Shown in pieces: positions 40,244-52,615 of a stretch of 64,000 nucleotides of DNA. Within the stretch, counting starts at the first letter, position 1, and each line of letters begins with the position of its first letter. The position numbers and the translations under genes were made by a program. Below the pieces are notes generated by a model, which did not search any database, was not told where the DNA came from, and worked only from the letters and a program-made list of their open reading frames with translations. The DNA comes from Octopus vulgaris (Eukaryota), in assembly GCA_951406725.2 (NCBI GenBank), contig OX597842.1:7688001-7752000 (forward strand). Direction: 5' to 3'.

Positions 40244-40740
40244 CAGGGAGTTTCTGAATTTCTGATCTAAGCGTCTTAATATGTTTTCAGCTGTGTCGAA
40301 TTTACAATTCTAATTATTCTTTTTCATTCCAGGTGCCATTATATTAAACATTTGCAAAGAGTAACCATGCCACACACAAAAGATTCCGCACAACTGTCAG
40401 ATTTTCAAAGAGGTCGTATTGTTGGGCAATCTGGGGCTGGTCTTAGCTAACGAAAAATTGCCGAAAATCTTCAAATTCCTCTTGCTACTGTTAATAGAAT
40501 TATATTGCAATTCAAAAGCCAAGGAAAAAACTCAACAGATTCTCGTCCTGGCCAACCTGGGCCCTCGGAAATAGAATTGTAGAAAACAAATCCCGTTCGT
40601 AGGCTTCTGACATTGCAAAACAGCTAGAAGTTAGTCCAAGAATGGGTATTATGGACGAGCAGCTAGAAGAAAACCTCTCCTTCAACCAATTATTATCAAA
40701 TAAAAGATTTTGAAAATTAAAGGTGTCTATTCACTTCCTG
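40244..40740 (+). mobile_element. Tc1-like transposon relic (N-terminal HTH)
   Basis: [45 protein letters not shown] from 40367; cagggag../..cttcctg ends. Confidence 0.7.
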
Positions 40741-40921
40741 CATGTCTGTGTATATATACTTTAATATATATCTATATATTTACACTATAATATATAGATG
40801 TAAATATATATACATCTATGTATTATATATATATATATATATATATACATATGTATACATATATATACATATATATACATATATATACATATGTATACAT
40901 ATATATATATACGTGTGTGTG

Positions 40922-41022
<101 letters not shown>

Positions 41023-41559
41023 TGTATGTATATATATATATATATGTGTCTATATATATACCCTAACTTAAGCTCAAGTGGTGGGATGTGGCTGAGTAAA
41101 TACTTTCTTTGGAATATATTTTTGAAGAGTGAGGGTTGTGGGGGAGGGGGTCTAGTTGGTTGGTTTGTTGGGTGGGTGGGTGGGTGGTTAATTGAATTAT
41201 TTGGTTGGTCAGTCAGTTGGTTGGTTGGCTGCAGGTCGCATTGGTAGTGTTGGTGGTGATGGTGATGATGGTGGTGGTGGTGGTGGTGAAGTTAGTGTTG
41301 GTGGTGGTGGTGGTGGTGATGTTGCTGGTGGCAGTTGTCATGGTAGAGTTTTGGGGAAGATGGAGAGGGTTAAGATTAAGATAAAGATTATTGGATAAGG
41401 CTTAAGAAGTCTGTAGGTGCTGGTGAGAGGATGCAGGTAGAAATGGTTTTAGTGAGCAGTTAAAATAGAGTGAGAGATAGAGATGAAGAGAGAGGGAGAG
41501 ATAGAGATGAAGAGAGTGGTTGTGTGTGGGTGGAGTTGAGAGAAAGAGAGGTGTAAGGG

Positions 41560-42090
41560 AATGTATATGTAAGGGATGCATGTAGGAGGGAAGAGGAAAT
41601 TGTATATGATTGTGTAGGAGGTGAAACAGACTGGGTGTGGTTCAGTGAAGAAAGTGATAGTGGGTGGGCACGGTTATGTTTGTGTAGTAAGTAAAACAGT
41701 TTAGAAAGTAGTAGTAGGTGTGGCTGTGTGCAGAAAAATCAAGTGATAGTGGGTGTGGTCGAGTATGAAGAAGAATCAGACAATGGGCGTGGCTATGTGT
41801 GGGTAGGAAGTGAAACAGATAGTGGGTGTGGCTGTGTAAAAAGTGATAGTGGGTGTAGCAGTGTGCAGAAAAATTAAGAGACAGTGGGCGTGGCTGTGTA
41901 GGAAGAGGAAAGGGATAGTGGGTGTGGCTAAGTGTGTTAGGGAGAAAGAAATAGTGTATATTGCTGTCTGTAGGAGGTGAAACGGATAGGTGGGCATGGC
42001 TCTGTATAGAAGGGGAAAGTGATAGTGGGTGTTTCTGTAAAAAGATAGAAATAGTGGGTGTAGCTATGTAAAGGCGGGGAAAAAGGGCAG
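41560..42090. repeat. Degenerate ~40-bp tandem repeat (gatagtgggtgtggctgtgtag...)
   Basis: Recurrent tagtgggtgtggctgtgt motif. Confidence 0.7.
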
Positions 42091-43562
42091 AGATTGGTAA
42101 TTTATTGTTGCTGTTTAGCCTGAGAACAATCCTGATCAAGTAGAGTTTAAGATCAAAGGCAATCCAGCTGTGACCATCACGTTTGTTGAGGGTTGTCTAA
42201 AATTACATTATTTAATGTGTCCTTTTCTGTGTTTATTTTTTTTGAAGACAACAGAATACAATTTTTGAAGAAAATTTTGCTGCTATGTCTAACCTTGTTG
42301 AGTGGTTGTGTAGAAGTGCCCAGATTGGCTGCACGGTCTCCATTTTTTCATGAGTGTCATAGGTTGCAAGAGGAGGGGGACGGGGGGAAAAGGGGAGAAA
42401 CAGGGAAAGTGGTACTCTTCTTTTTCCTAATAACCCACCACTCTCCACCTTCCTCTGCTACATGCACACATACTAAGCTCCTCCCACCACCTTTATTCTT
42501 CCGTCTGTCTGTTTGTCTCTCTCACTCCTTCTCTGTCTGTTTCTTCCTTCCTTTACACACTCACACATACACACACACTGCCCTAATCTCCCACCCCCCA
42601 CAATTCTACTCCACCTCAGCTGCCGTACAGCGATGGCCACTGACCAACAGTTCACACCACATCACAAGACAATGACCACAACGAAGACAACACAACCTTT
42701 CACTTACTACTGTAACTACTACTACTACTACTGCTACTACTACTACGACCATCACCATCGCCATCACCATGGCGATGACGATGACAATGATGACAACAAT
42801 CACAAACACTACTACCACTGCCACCACCTCCACTGGTTTACCACACTACCATCACCACCGCGACTATGACAACGAGACAACAACACCACCTGACCTGACC
42901 TGACCTCACCTCACCTCACCTCACCACGCCTTGCCCTCCCGCATCAACACACCCCCTGGTACCAACTCACTGTCGCATTTCGCTCTGCCCATTATATCTA
43001 CTCCATCACTCCACTCCAACACTCCACTCCAACACTCACTCACACTCACACTCACGCACTCTCCCTCTCTTCTCTGCTGTTCCTCGTCTCCCCCCATTTT
43101 TTTTCATATCTTTATTTTTTTTTCCTTTCCTTACCCTTCCTGTTCTTACCCCTCCCTGTTCCACCCCCGAACTCAACAGCGTGGTGGCAGGCGGGGGAGG
43201 GGGTTGGTTTGGTTATGGTTTGGTTGGTTGGTTGATTCGGGTTTTGAAGAGGGGTGGATGTGGTGGGACAGGGGGAAATTCATTAGCTGTGAAGATTATT
43301 TTGGCAATTTTTTTTCTTTTCATGAAGGGTTTTCTCTGTATTTTAAAGGGTGTCCTGATAAATGTGGGGACACTCTTTCCACCTATTTTGACTTGATATT
43401 TTTCTTTTCTTTTCCTTTCTTTCCTTTTTTAAATTCTTTTTTTAGAAAAAAACCTGCTTCATTTCGAAAAAAAATTTTTTTTTAAATAAAAAAAAAAGAA
43501 AAACAAAGCACTGCTACTTCATTCCACCCCGCCTAACAATCCCCAGACCCTTAAAATTTGCT

Positions 43563-43833
43563 TCACATGTCCCCGAAAATTCCAGCGAAAGTCTTCCGAA
43601 GGTTTTGCATTGTGTCCTCATCTTGGCCCTGCCCCCCTGGGGCCGGCGGGTGCGCCTGGTTCCCTGACTGCTGTTGTTGGTGAGGGTGCTGCTGTTGGCT
43701 TTGTTGTTGCTGGTGTTGTTGTTGTTGTTGTTGCTGCTGCGGTGGTGGTGGCGGCGGCTGCCCCGCCGCTTGCGGTGGACCCTGTCCTGGCTGTCCGGGC
43801 CTTGCTGGAACACCAGGTTGCTGACCGGGAGGT
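43563..43833 (-). CDS. Syn: Synapsin terminal exon: Pro/Gln-rich D domain + E domain
   Basis: catttttctcag|(G)PPGQQPGVPARPGQPGQGPPQAAGQPPPPPPQ..polyQ..GGQGQDEDTMQNLRKTFAGIFGDM-TGA; E-domain signature. The true frame is absent from the ORF track because it lacks an early ATG. Confidence 0.95.
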
Positions 43834-44302
43834 CTGAGAAAAATGATAAAAACAACAGTTAAAATTTAGCAAAGGAAGTCTTAAAATGCACCCAACAACA
43901 ACAATAATGATAATAATAATGATAATAATAATAATCATTCCTACCATAAGTACAAGGCCTAAATTTTGTACCGTCAATTACATCAACCCCTATACTCAAC
44001 TGGTACTTAATTTATTGACCCCAAAAAATATGAAAGGCCAAGTCAATGTCGGTGGAATTCCTTTCTACTATAGGCACAAGGCCTCAAGTTTTGTAACGTT
44101 GGTTACATTGACCTCAGTGCGTAACTGGTACTTATTTCATCAACCATGAAAGGATGAAAGGCAAAGTCGACCCCTGCGGAATTTGAACTCAGAATGGACA
44201 GAAAACCGCTAAGTATTTCACCTGGTGTGCTAACAATTCTGCCAGCCCATTGCCTTAATAATAATGATAATAATAATAATAATGATAATAATAATAATAA
44301 TG

Positions 44303-44348
<46 letters not shown>

Positions 44349-44353
44349 TAATG

Positions 44354-44386
<33 letters not shown>

Positions 44387-44389
<3 letters not shown>

Positions 44390-44848
44390 GGCTACAGCAA
44401 ATATTCTGCTCAATACCAAAGATTTGCTTGTCAGTTGTTTGACCATAACCAGTTGAGCATGTCCCTTAGTGGCTGACGATATGTGCATCTCTGATCACGA
44501 GCAGAAGTAGTGGGGGAGCATCATAGCCATGTGTTGAGAGGGATTCTTTGGGGTTTGAATAATTCACCTCGGGAAACATGGGTGGTTCTTTCAACATCCT
44601 TAAACAACCCTTATTCAGGGACCTTTTGAGCGGGATGGGCTACTCGACCTGAAGAAAATTCTAACTGGGACCCACCTGCAAGGTCATGCGCTGTTTACCT
44701 TGATATGAGATCATCATGTCGCGCACATATGGTTGTGATGCATGTGCCTGGTGTACCCTTATCAGACGGGTAGTCATGATGGGTATATTGGGCTTCGTAT
44801 ATTTTACCCCAGTGTCACTTTGATGGCAAGAACTGCTCTCTCACTCAA
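44387..44848 (+). mobile_element. Family E copy, 5'-truncated
   Basis: (AAT)n on both sides. Confidence 0.8.
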
Positions 44849-45180
44849 TAATAATGATAATAATAATAATAATAATAATGATAATAATAATGATAATAAT
44901 AATAATAATAATGATAATAATAATAATAATAATAATGATAATAATAATAATAATAATAGTAATGATAATAATAATACTAATAATAATGATGATGATGATA
45001 ATAATAATGCTTTCAAATTTTGGCACAAGGCCAGCTGTTTTGGGGAAGGGGTTAAGTTGATAGCATCAGTCTCATTGATCAACTGGTACTATTTTATCGA
45101 CCCCAAAAGGATGAAAGGCAAAGTTAATCTTGGCAGCATTTGAACTCAGAATGTAAAGATGGACCAAATGCCTCTAAGCA

Positions 45181-45502
45181 AATGGACCCCAGAACTATTC
45201 TTTGTAAGCCTAGTATTTATTCTATCGGTCTCTTTTGCCGAACCGCTAAGTTATGGGAATGTAAACACACCAACATTGGTTGTCAAGTGATGGTGGGGGA
45301 ACAAATGCAGACACACAAACATACACACACACACACATATACGATGGGCTTCTTTCAGTTTCCATCTACCAAGTCCACTCACAAGGCTTTGGTCGGCCCG
45401 GGGCTATAGTAGAAGACGCTTGCCCAAGGTGCCACGCAGTGGGACTGAACCCAGAACCATGTGGTTGGTAAGCAAGCTACTTACCACACAGCCACTCCTG
45501 CA

Positions 45503-45505
<3 letters not shown>
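45181..45505 (-). mobile_element. SINE family A
   Basis: 3'-truncated copy in the last synapsin intron. Confidence 0.85.
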
Positions 45506-45553
<48 letters not shown>

Positions 45554-45658
45554 ATACAAACATAATTTATATCTAGAATCATATTACCATGTCCTTCCTT
45601 TATCTTAATATTAGGGAGATTTAGCTGTTATTTCTAGCATGTGAAGAATCTCACTTAC

Positions 45659-45760
45659 CCGCCATCAGTTTGACCAGTACGTGATCCAGCTGGCCGTGGA
45701 GGTGGTGGTGGTGGAGTGTCTGCCGTGTACTGTTGTTGTAGGGAGCCACTGGGTCCTTGA
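45659..45760 (-). CDS. Syn: Synapsin Pro-rich D-domain exon (symmetric, potentially a cassette exon)
   Basis: ctctactacag|(S)QGPSGSLQQQYTADTPPPPPPRPAGSRTGQTDG+GG|gtaagt; 102 nt, phase 2/2. Confidence 0.88.
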
Positions 45761-46050
45761 CTGTAGTAGAGAATGAAAGATCATCAGTAGTGGTGGTCAT
45801 GGCAGTGCTGGTGATGGGGATGGTAGTGGTGGCTCTGGTGGGGATGGTGGTGGTGGGAGTGCAGCTTGTGTTGGTGATTGATGGTGATGGTACTACAACT
45901 GAGGTTGGTGCTGGAGGTGGTAGGGGAAGGGATTTTGGTGACCGGTGGTGGTGCTGATGAGGGTGGTGGTGGTAATGATGATGATGATGATGATGATGAT
46001 GAAGTAGTGGTGGTTGTGGTGTATTATATGTATCTATATAAACAAAACAT

Positions 46051-46776
46051 GGAGGCGCAATGGCCCAGTGGTTAGGGCAGCGAACTCAGGGTCGTAGGAT
46101 CGTGTTCTCGATTCCCAGACCGGGCGTTGTGAGTGTTTATTGAGCAAAAACACCTAAAAAGCTCCACGAGGCTCTGGCAGGGGGTGGTGGTGATCCCGGC
46201 CGTACTCTTTCACCACTCTTTCTCTCACTCTCTCTTCCGTTGGCCTGCTCGATTAGCCAGCGGGTTGGCGTCATTTGAAGGCTAAGACAATGCGAAGCGC
46301 ATTGTGACCAGCGATGCAAATTGTGACCCGCGATGCAAATTGTGACCAGCGATGCAAATTGTGACTAACGATGCATATTGTGACCAGCGATGTGCATTGT
46401 GACCAGCAATGCGCATTGTGACCAGTAATGCACATTGTGACCAGCGATGTGCATTGTGACCAGCGATGCAAATTGTGACCAACGATGCATATTGTGACCA
46501 GCGATGTGCATTGTGACCAGCGATGCGCATTGTGACCAGCGATGCACATTGTGACCAGTGATGTGAATTGTGACCAGCGATGTGCATTGTGACCAGCGAT
46601 GCACATTGTGACCAGTGGTGCATATTGTGACCAGCAGTGCACATTGTGACCAGCGATACACATTGTGACCAGTGATGCGCATTGTGACCAGCGATGCGCA
46701 TTGTGACCAGCAATGCGCATTGTGACCAGCGATGTGTAACAACATCTGATAGCCTGGTCAGTCACAGTGATCACGA
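46051..46776 (+). mobile_element. tRNA-derived SINE family C with an internal 19-bp minisatellite expansion
   Basis: Head ggaggcgcaatggcccagtggttaggg; other copies at 47262-47455, 59714-59837(-) and 61150-61460(-); variants at 5172-5420, 22890-23140 and 63075-63320. Confidence 0.8.
46297..46735. repeat. 19-bp minisatellite, ~23 copies
   Basis: Unit (c/a)attgtgaccagcgatg(c/t)(g/a). Confidence 0.95.
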
Positions 46777-47047
46777 TGATTTAAACAAAACAAGAAATTG
46801 GAAATTTTTGGGTATTGTTCCATAATTCTCAAATTTAATGTATTTTGATAACTGAGACAACATCTTGGATTGTAATAATGGAATAATCAGATGTCTTTTA
46901 AGAGGAAACAGCCGGGGTTTACCCTAACTAACCACACAATAGGTATGAAGGTGTGCTGAAAAGTTTCTGGCTTTAAGGGTATCGCAAAAGGTCTGGTTGG
47001 AGCCCCTATCTTCTGAGTACTTTTTAGAAAACTGAAAGGACTGCTTC

Positions 47048-47080
<33 letters not shown>

Positions 47081-47494
47081 TGTTTAACGTCCGCTTTCCA
47101 TGCTAGCATGGGTTGGACGGTTCAACTGGGGATCTGGGAAGCCCGAAGGCTGCACCAGGCCCAGTCAGATCTGGCAGTGTTTCTACGGCTGGATGCCCTT
47201 CCTAACGCGCAATAAGTGTGTGAATCTGAGAGGGGAATATGTTGGATAAAATCATAATTGTGGAGGCGCAATGGCCCAGTGGTTAGGGCAGCGGACTTGC
47301 AGTTGGAGGATCGTGGTTTCAATTCCCAGACCGGGTGTTGTGTGTGTTTATTGAGCGAAAACATCTAAAAGTTCCATGAGACTCCGGCAGGGGACAGTGG
47401 TGACCCCTGTTGTACTCTTTCACCCCAACTTTCTTTTACTCTTTCTTCTTGTTTCACACATATACACATATACATTTATACAGGATGTTCATGT

Positions 47495-47945
47495 AGAATT
47501 ATCAGTGAGTGCCCAGTAAATGGTTGATGCAACGCTAAGGCCATGGTCTACAAAGCAGAGGTAGAGTCCACTAGTAGAAGGAACAATAGCAACAGCCGTA
47601 ACAACATAAGGACAGGCACAGAAATATGTTGCAGGAAGGGTGAGCAGCTGTAAAACCAGGTTAAACAACCACAGGTCCTTTTTAAGGATTCCAGAGAGGT
47701 GCAATTTATGATATTTGCCAGCTATAAAATAATGCTTAAAAGATTAGGAAATGCTGTAAAGAATTAATTGGGAGTTGCTAGAACAGCCTGGGCCATTCCT
47801 CAACAGAAGCAGATGGTGCAAATTTTGATTGGACGAGAGGGCAATAATCATGAAAAACTTGCACGATTTTGGTGCATTCTTGAATTAAAAGAGTGGGAGT
47901 TTTGTCAGTGCCCCCTTGATAGAAAATTTATTCTAGAAGCATGGT
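47495..47945 (+). pseudogene. Decayed Penelope-like GIY-YIG endonuclease fragment (synapsin intron, antisense)
   Basis: ECPVNG*CNAKAMVYKAEV...KTRLNNHRSFL...INWELLE...WCKF*LDE, with stops and frameshifts. Confidence 0.7.
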
Positions 47946-48199
47946 CTTCCCTGTTTGTAGACTAGTGAATGAAAAAGTAAACACATTCACTTATTTCAGA
48001 CACATCTGGAATCATTCAAGGGGAAGTAACTCTGTCCTTATCAGAATTTTTTTTCTTCTTCCGGTACAGGGTTGTTTTCCGCTATCAAAGGGATCAGGAC
48101 TATATGAGGTGTAGTCAAAAAGTATCTGACCTTTGGCAAAAAGACAAGTAATATTAAAAAACTCACTATTTTGATTTAGTTTCTTTTAAACTTAAACAT

Positions 48200-48580
48200 A
48201 ACTCTGAGCACCTTTTCAAACTCCACCCGTCTAACACTCGTGGACATATTTACAAAGTCAGAAAACAGCACAGCTCCCATGACTTTAGGAAACATTTTTT
48301 CACGCTAAGAGTTGCTGAAGCATGGAACAAACTGCCGGCATCAGTTGTTAGTTGTCGGAGCAATGCATCCTTCAAAACTTCCATGCTTCCTGAGATTGGC
48401 CAACACTACACCTAATTTTCTCCCCTCCATACACATGCAAGCATGTATCTGACTCATACACTGTTCACTTTCCAGACATTTGTACATTACTGCATATGCT
48501 TTATACGCACTTTCTGACAAGTTGTGGTGCACCTGAGCACTGTATACAATAATTTCATTATCATTATTATTATTATTATA
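48200..48580 (+). mobile_element. CR1-clade LINE 3' fragment
   Basis: NTRGHIYKV..RKHFFTLRVAEAWNKLPASVV..SFK; (ATT)n tail. Confidence 0.8.
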
Positions 48581-48689
48581 AAGTATTCACCCTGGGAGCA
48601 TTTCGCCCGGCATGCTAATGTTTCTGCCAGCTCACCGCTGTTCTAGTTGGACTGTCACATGTTCTATTTGGACTGACAGGGGAGACATT

Positions 48690-49040
48690 TCCCCACTGTG
48701 ACTCCCAAAGTATTCACCTCGGGAGCGTTCCTTCCACTGCTGGAAACATTTCTAGAAATCACTTTTTGGGATGCTGTAGAGCTGTGCCGTCGAATTTTGC
48801 TTAATGTCTTCTGTGACTCAAATCTTCTCCCTTTGATTGCTTTTTCATAGCTTTGGGAATAGCCAAAGGTCACACAAAGCCAAGCCTGGGGCATAGGAAG
48901 CCTGACGACCAAGGGGTGTGTTTTTGCTTGACGAGGAATGCTTGAACGATGTGGGTAGAATGAGCGGGGGTGTTGTCATGGTGGAGTTGCTAGTGCTTTG
49001 CTGCCCACAAGTTGGGTTGTTTTCACCACACAGCTCCACA
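48690..49040 (-). mobile_element. Mariner transposase C-terminal relic
   Basis: QASYAPGLALCDLWLFPKL is a decayed YSPDLAPCDFWLFPKL motif; probable TIR near 48103. Confidence 0.65.
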
Positions 49041-49888
49041 AAGACAATGAAGTACCACCAGGTAGTGGCAAGCTGGCAGAACCGTTAGCCCGCCGGGCAA
49101 AATGCTTAGCGGTATTTCGTCTGTCGTTACGTTGTGAGCTCAAATTCCACCGAGGTCGACTTTGCCTTTCATCCTTTTGGGGTCGATAAATTAAGTACCA
49201 ATTAAGTACCAAACTTAGTATAAATTAATAATTTAAATAATTTTTAAAATTTTAACTTTAAATTTAAATAATTTAAATTTTGAATCTTATATTTTATATA
49301 TTTTGTATTTTATATTAATTAATTTTATTTCTATGTATTGGTTTATGTTTTTCATTGTTTGATTTGCCTTATAGTGGTTTTATCTCTAATTTAATATATA
49401 TATATATACATATATATATATGTATGTATCTATACATATATGTGTGTGTGTGTGTATGTACATACATACATATATATATGTATATATATATATATGCATA
49501 TATATATACATACACACACACACACATTAAACTATAAAGACGCATGGCTTACTGGTTAGGGTGTTACCCTCACAATTGTGAGATCGTGGTTTTGATTCCC
49601 AGACCAGGGGAATTTATGAACAGAAACACTTCATTTCACATTGCTCTCAGATTATTCTGTCTTATGATGTTTGGTACATGGTGTACCTGTACAGGTAATG
49701 TTAATTTGATGGAGGGAGTGGACCTATGCAAACACAAACAAGACCAACAGAATAAGTACCAGGTTTTAAAAGAAATAATAATAAGGTTGATTCATTTGAC
49801 TCAAAGAATTCTTTAGGGCAACACTGCAGTTTGGTTAAAGAAGATGAAGAAATATAAATGCACAGACTATATTATTGATGGATCTTAC

Positions 49889-49998
49889 CTCATTCCTGGT
49901 TTGCAGTAAATCTGCATTTTCTGCAGCACCATCTCAGAGATGAGGCGTCGGTCCTCCTCTTGAGTCTCCCCTAACAGAACCATTGATGAGTCGTTCAC
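49889..49998 (-). CDS. Syn: Synapsin exon, end of C domain
   Basis: aattacag|VNDSSMVLLGETQEEDRRLISEMVLQKMQIYCKPGM+AG|gtaaga; 110 nt, phase 0/2. Confidence 0.95.
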
Positions 49999-50824
49999 CT
50001 GTAATTAGTGCAAGGAAGGTGAGGAAAAGAAAGAGAGAGAGATTTTATTAGTTTTAAGTTACTGATGTTTGTGGTGGTGGTGGTCTGGTGCTGACATTGT
50101 TGTGGTGTTCATGTTGGTGTTGTGTGGTGGTCATGTTTTGTTTGTAGTGTCGTTGCTGTTGTAGTAGCATTGTTGTTGTTGTGGTAGTGACACTGCTCTG
50201 ATAGTGCTGTTGTAGTATTGTTGTTGTTGTTGTTGCAATAGTGGTATTAATCATTGCTGTAGTGGTCAGGGAGAGCTGTTATGGTAGTAGTATTGTGGTA
50301 GATGGAGTGTTGTGCTGGTAGTTGAGATGGTTGAGGCGATGGTGGTGCCAGTGGTGGTTGTGTTGTTGATGGTGGTGGTAATTGAGATGGTTGTGGTGGT
50401 GGTAGCAGTGGTGGTTGTGTTGGTGATGGTGGTGGTGATGGTGGTGGTAATTGAGATGGTTGTGGTGGTAGTAGCAGTGGTGGTTGTGTTGGTGATGGTG
50501 GTGGTAATTGAGATGGTTGTGGTGGTGGTAGCAGTGGTGGTTGTGTTGGTGATGGTGGTGTTGATGGTTGTAGTGGTGGTAGTCATGGTGGTGGTGATGG
50601 TGGTTGTGATAATTGTAGTGATGGTGGTATTGGACATGTAGGTGGTGGCAGTGGTGTTGCAGTGGTCGTATGGGTTTGATATGTTGCTGGTGTTCTTGTG
50701 GTGGTAGTAATGGTTGAGGTGGTGGTGTTACTGCTATTGTAGTAGCGCTAATAGTATTTATGTTGATATAGTTGCTGTCGCTATTGCTTTTGTTGTCCAT
50801 ATACATACATATACACACACACAG

Positions 50825-50861
<37 letters not shown>

Positions 50862-50972
50862 CATACACACACACACACATACAAATACACACACACACAG
50901 AGAAACACATACATACACACATACAAATACACACACACACACAGAGAAACACAGACACACACACACATACAA

Positions 50973-51005
<33 letters not shown>

Positions 51006-51226
51006 GACACACACAGACATACAAATACACACACACACACACAGAAACACACACACACACACACATACAAATACACACACACACACAAATACACACACAC
51101 ACACACACAGACACACATACACACACAAACACACACACTTACACTCTCTCACACACATACACACACAGACATACACACACAGAAGCACATAAACACACAT
51201 ACAGAAATACACACACACACACACAG

Positions 51227-51286
<60 letters not shown>

Positions 51287-51296
51287 TCTGTCTTAC

Positions 51297-51399
51297 CTCA
51301 ATGACATATTCACGGCCATCTTTACCCTGCAGGGCTTCCACAGCTACAATATCCAGACCTCCAAACATTTGGCTGCACTCATCAACCCACAGCTTATAT
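51297..51399 (-). CDS. Syn: Synapsin C-domain exon
   Basis: attacag|(R)[34 protein letters not shown]|gtaaga; 103 nt, phase 2/0. Confidence 0.97.
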
Positions 51400-51440
51400 C
51401 TGTAATACAATGGGGGACAGGCAAAGGATCAGTGGCAATC

Positions 51441-51665
51441 TTATTTCTTTATTACCCACAAGGGATTAAACATAGAGGGGACAAACAAGGACAGACAAAC
51501 GGATTAAGTCGATTATATCGACCCTAGTGCGTAACTGGTACTTAATTTATCAACCCTGAAAGGATGAAAGGCAAAGTCGACCTCGGTGGAATTTGAACTC
51601 AGAACGTAGTGGTAGACGAAATACCGCTAAGCATTTTGCCCGGCATGCTAACGTTTCTGCCAGTG
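51441..51665 (-). mobile_element. SINE family B
   Basis: Well-preserved copy ~40 nt from a synapsin acceptor. Confidence 0.8.
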
Positions 51666-52420
51666 GCAATCTTACTGAATGAAAACCCCTCTATAGCCCC
51701 TAACTTTCTGTAAAAGAAAAAGGGTAGGGTTTGACAGGGGTTTATGTATCTATGGATGTGAACTTAACTTTATTTGATGAAAGGAGACAGGCACTGTGAC
51801 ATGGGGTCTGGGAGGTCTGACATAACTGGATCACTCTGACCCCATGACATACTGTTTGTCCCCTTTGTATTGGAGTAAGTGATAGAAAGGGGACTAGTAG
51901 TATGGCATGGGGTCAGAGAGGTTTGAAATAACAGAACCCTAATGGACCCTATTACTATTGTGATAGGAAAAGGACAAGTATGCCATGGGTTCAGAGAGGT
52001 CTGACATAACAGAACCCTTAACAGAAAGGTGGTTGGGTCAAAAAGAGGTGGGTGTGGATAAAGGAGGAGGGGTGAAAGATGAAAGGTGGGGTGGAGCAAA
52101 AGAGAAGGGGAGGGACAAGGAGAAATGGAGTGAGACTGAAAGAGGAAAGGTGGGGTAGAAAGGAGAAGGGGAGTGAGGCAAAGAGAAGCAGGGTGGGAGA
52201 TGGAAAGTATGGGTGTGGCAAAACAAGGAGGAGTTTAGAAGAGGTGGGGGAAAAGCAAGAAGATGTAGCTGGGGGCAGAGTCTTCCACTAATATTGTCTT
52301 TTTGGGGTGGATGAGGGATGATCAGGTATTTGTCAGTTTGGGAACCTGTGCCCAAACAAATAGTGTGTTTATGTGTGGGGTTAGCTACTAATCAGGGGCT
52401 GCAGGAAGTGACCTACTCAC

Positions 52421-52495
52421 CTGTCATTCATAGCTATCTGTTCCAGCATTGCTGACCCGGTGTTGGCTTTCCAGTTTCCTGATATGGATTTGCGA
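52421..52495 (-). CDS. Syn: Synapsin C-domain exon
   Basis: ttttacag|(I)[24 protein letters not shown]+AG|gtgagt; 75 nt, phase 2/2; [15 protein letters not shown] signature. Confidence 0.97.
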
Positions 52496-52564
52496 CTGTA
52501 AAATAGAAAAATTAAAAAGAATGAGGGTGTGTGTGTATGTGTGTGTGTATGTGTGTGTATGTGT

Positions 52565-52615
<51 letters not shown>

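Noticed and set aside
46051-46125. tRNA genes at SINE heads (also 47262, 61390-61460, 21903)
   Set aside because: No complete cloverleaf acceptor stem; they continue into SINE bodies or are truncated.
46271-46774. Cys/His-rich repeat ORFs
   Set aside because: A 19-bp minisatellite inside a SINE; the frames simply rotate.
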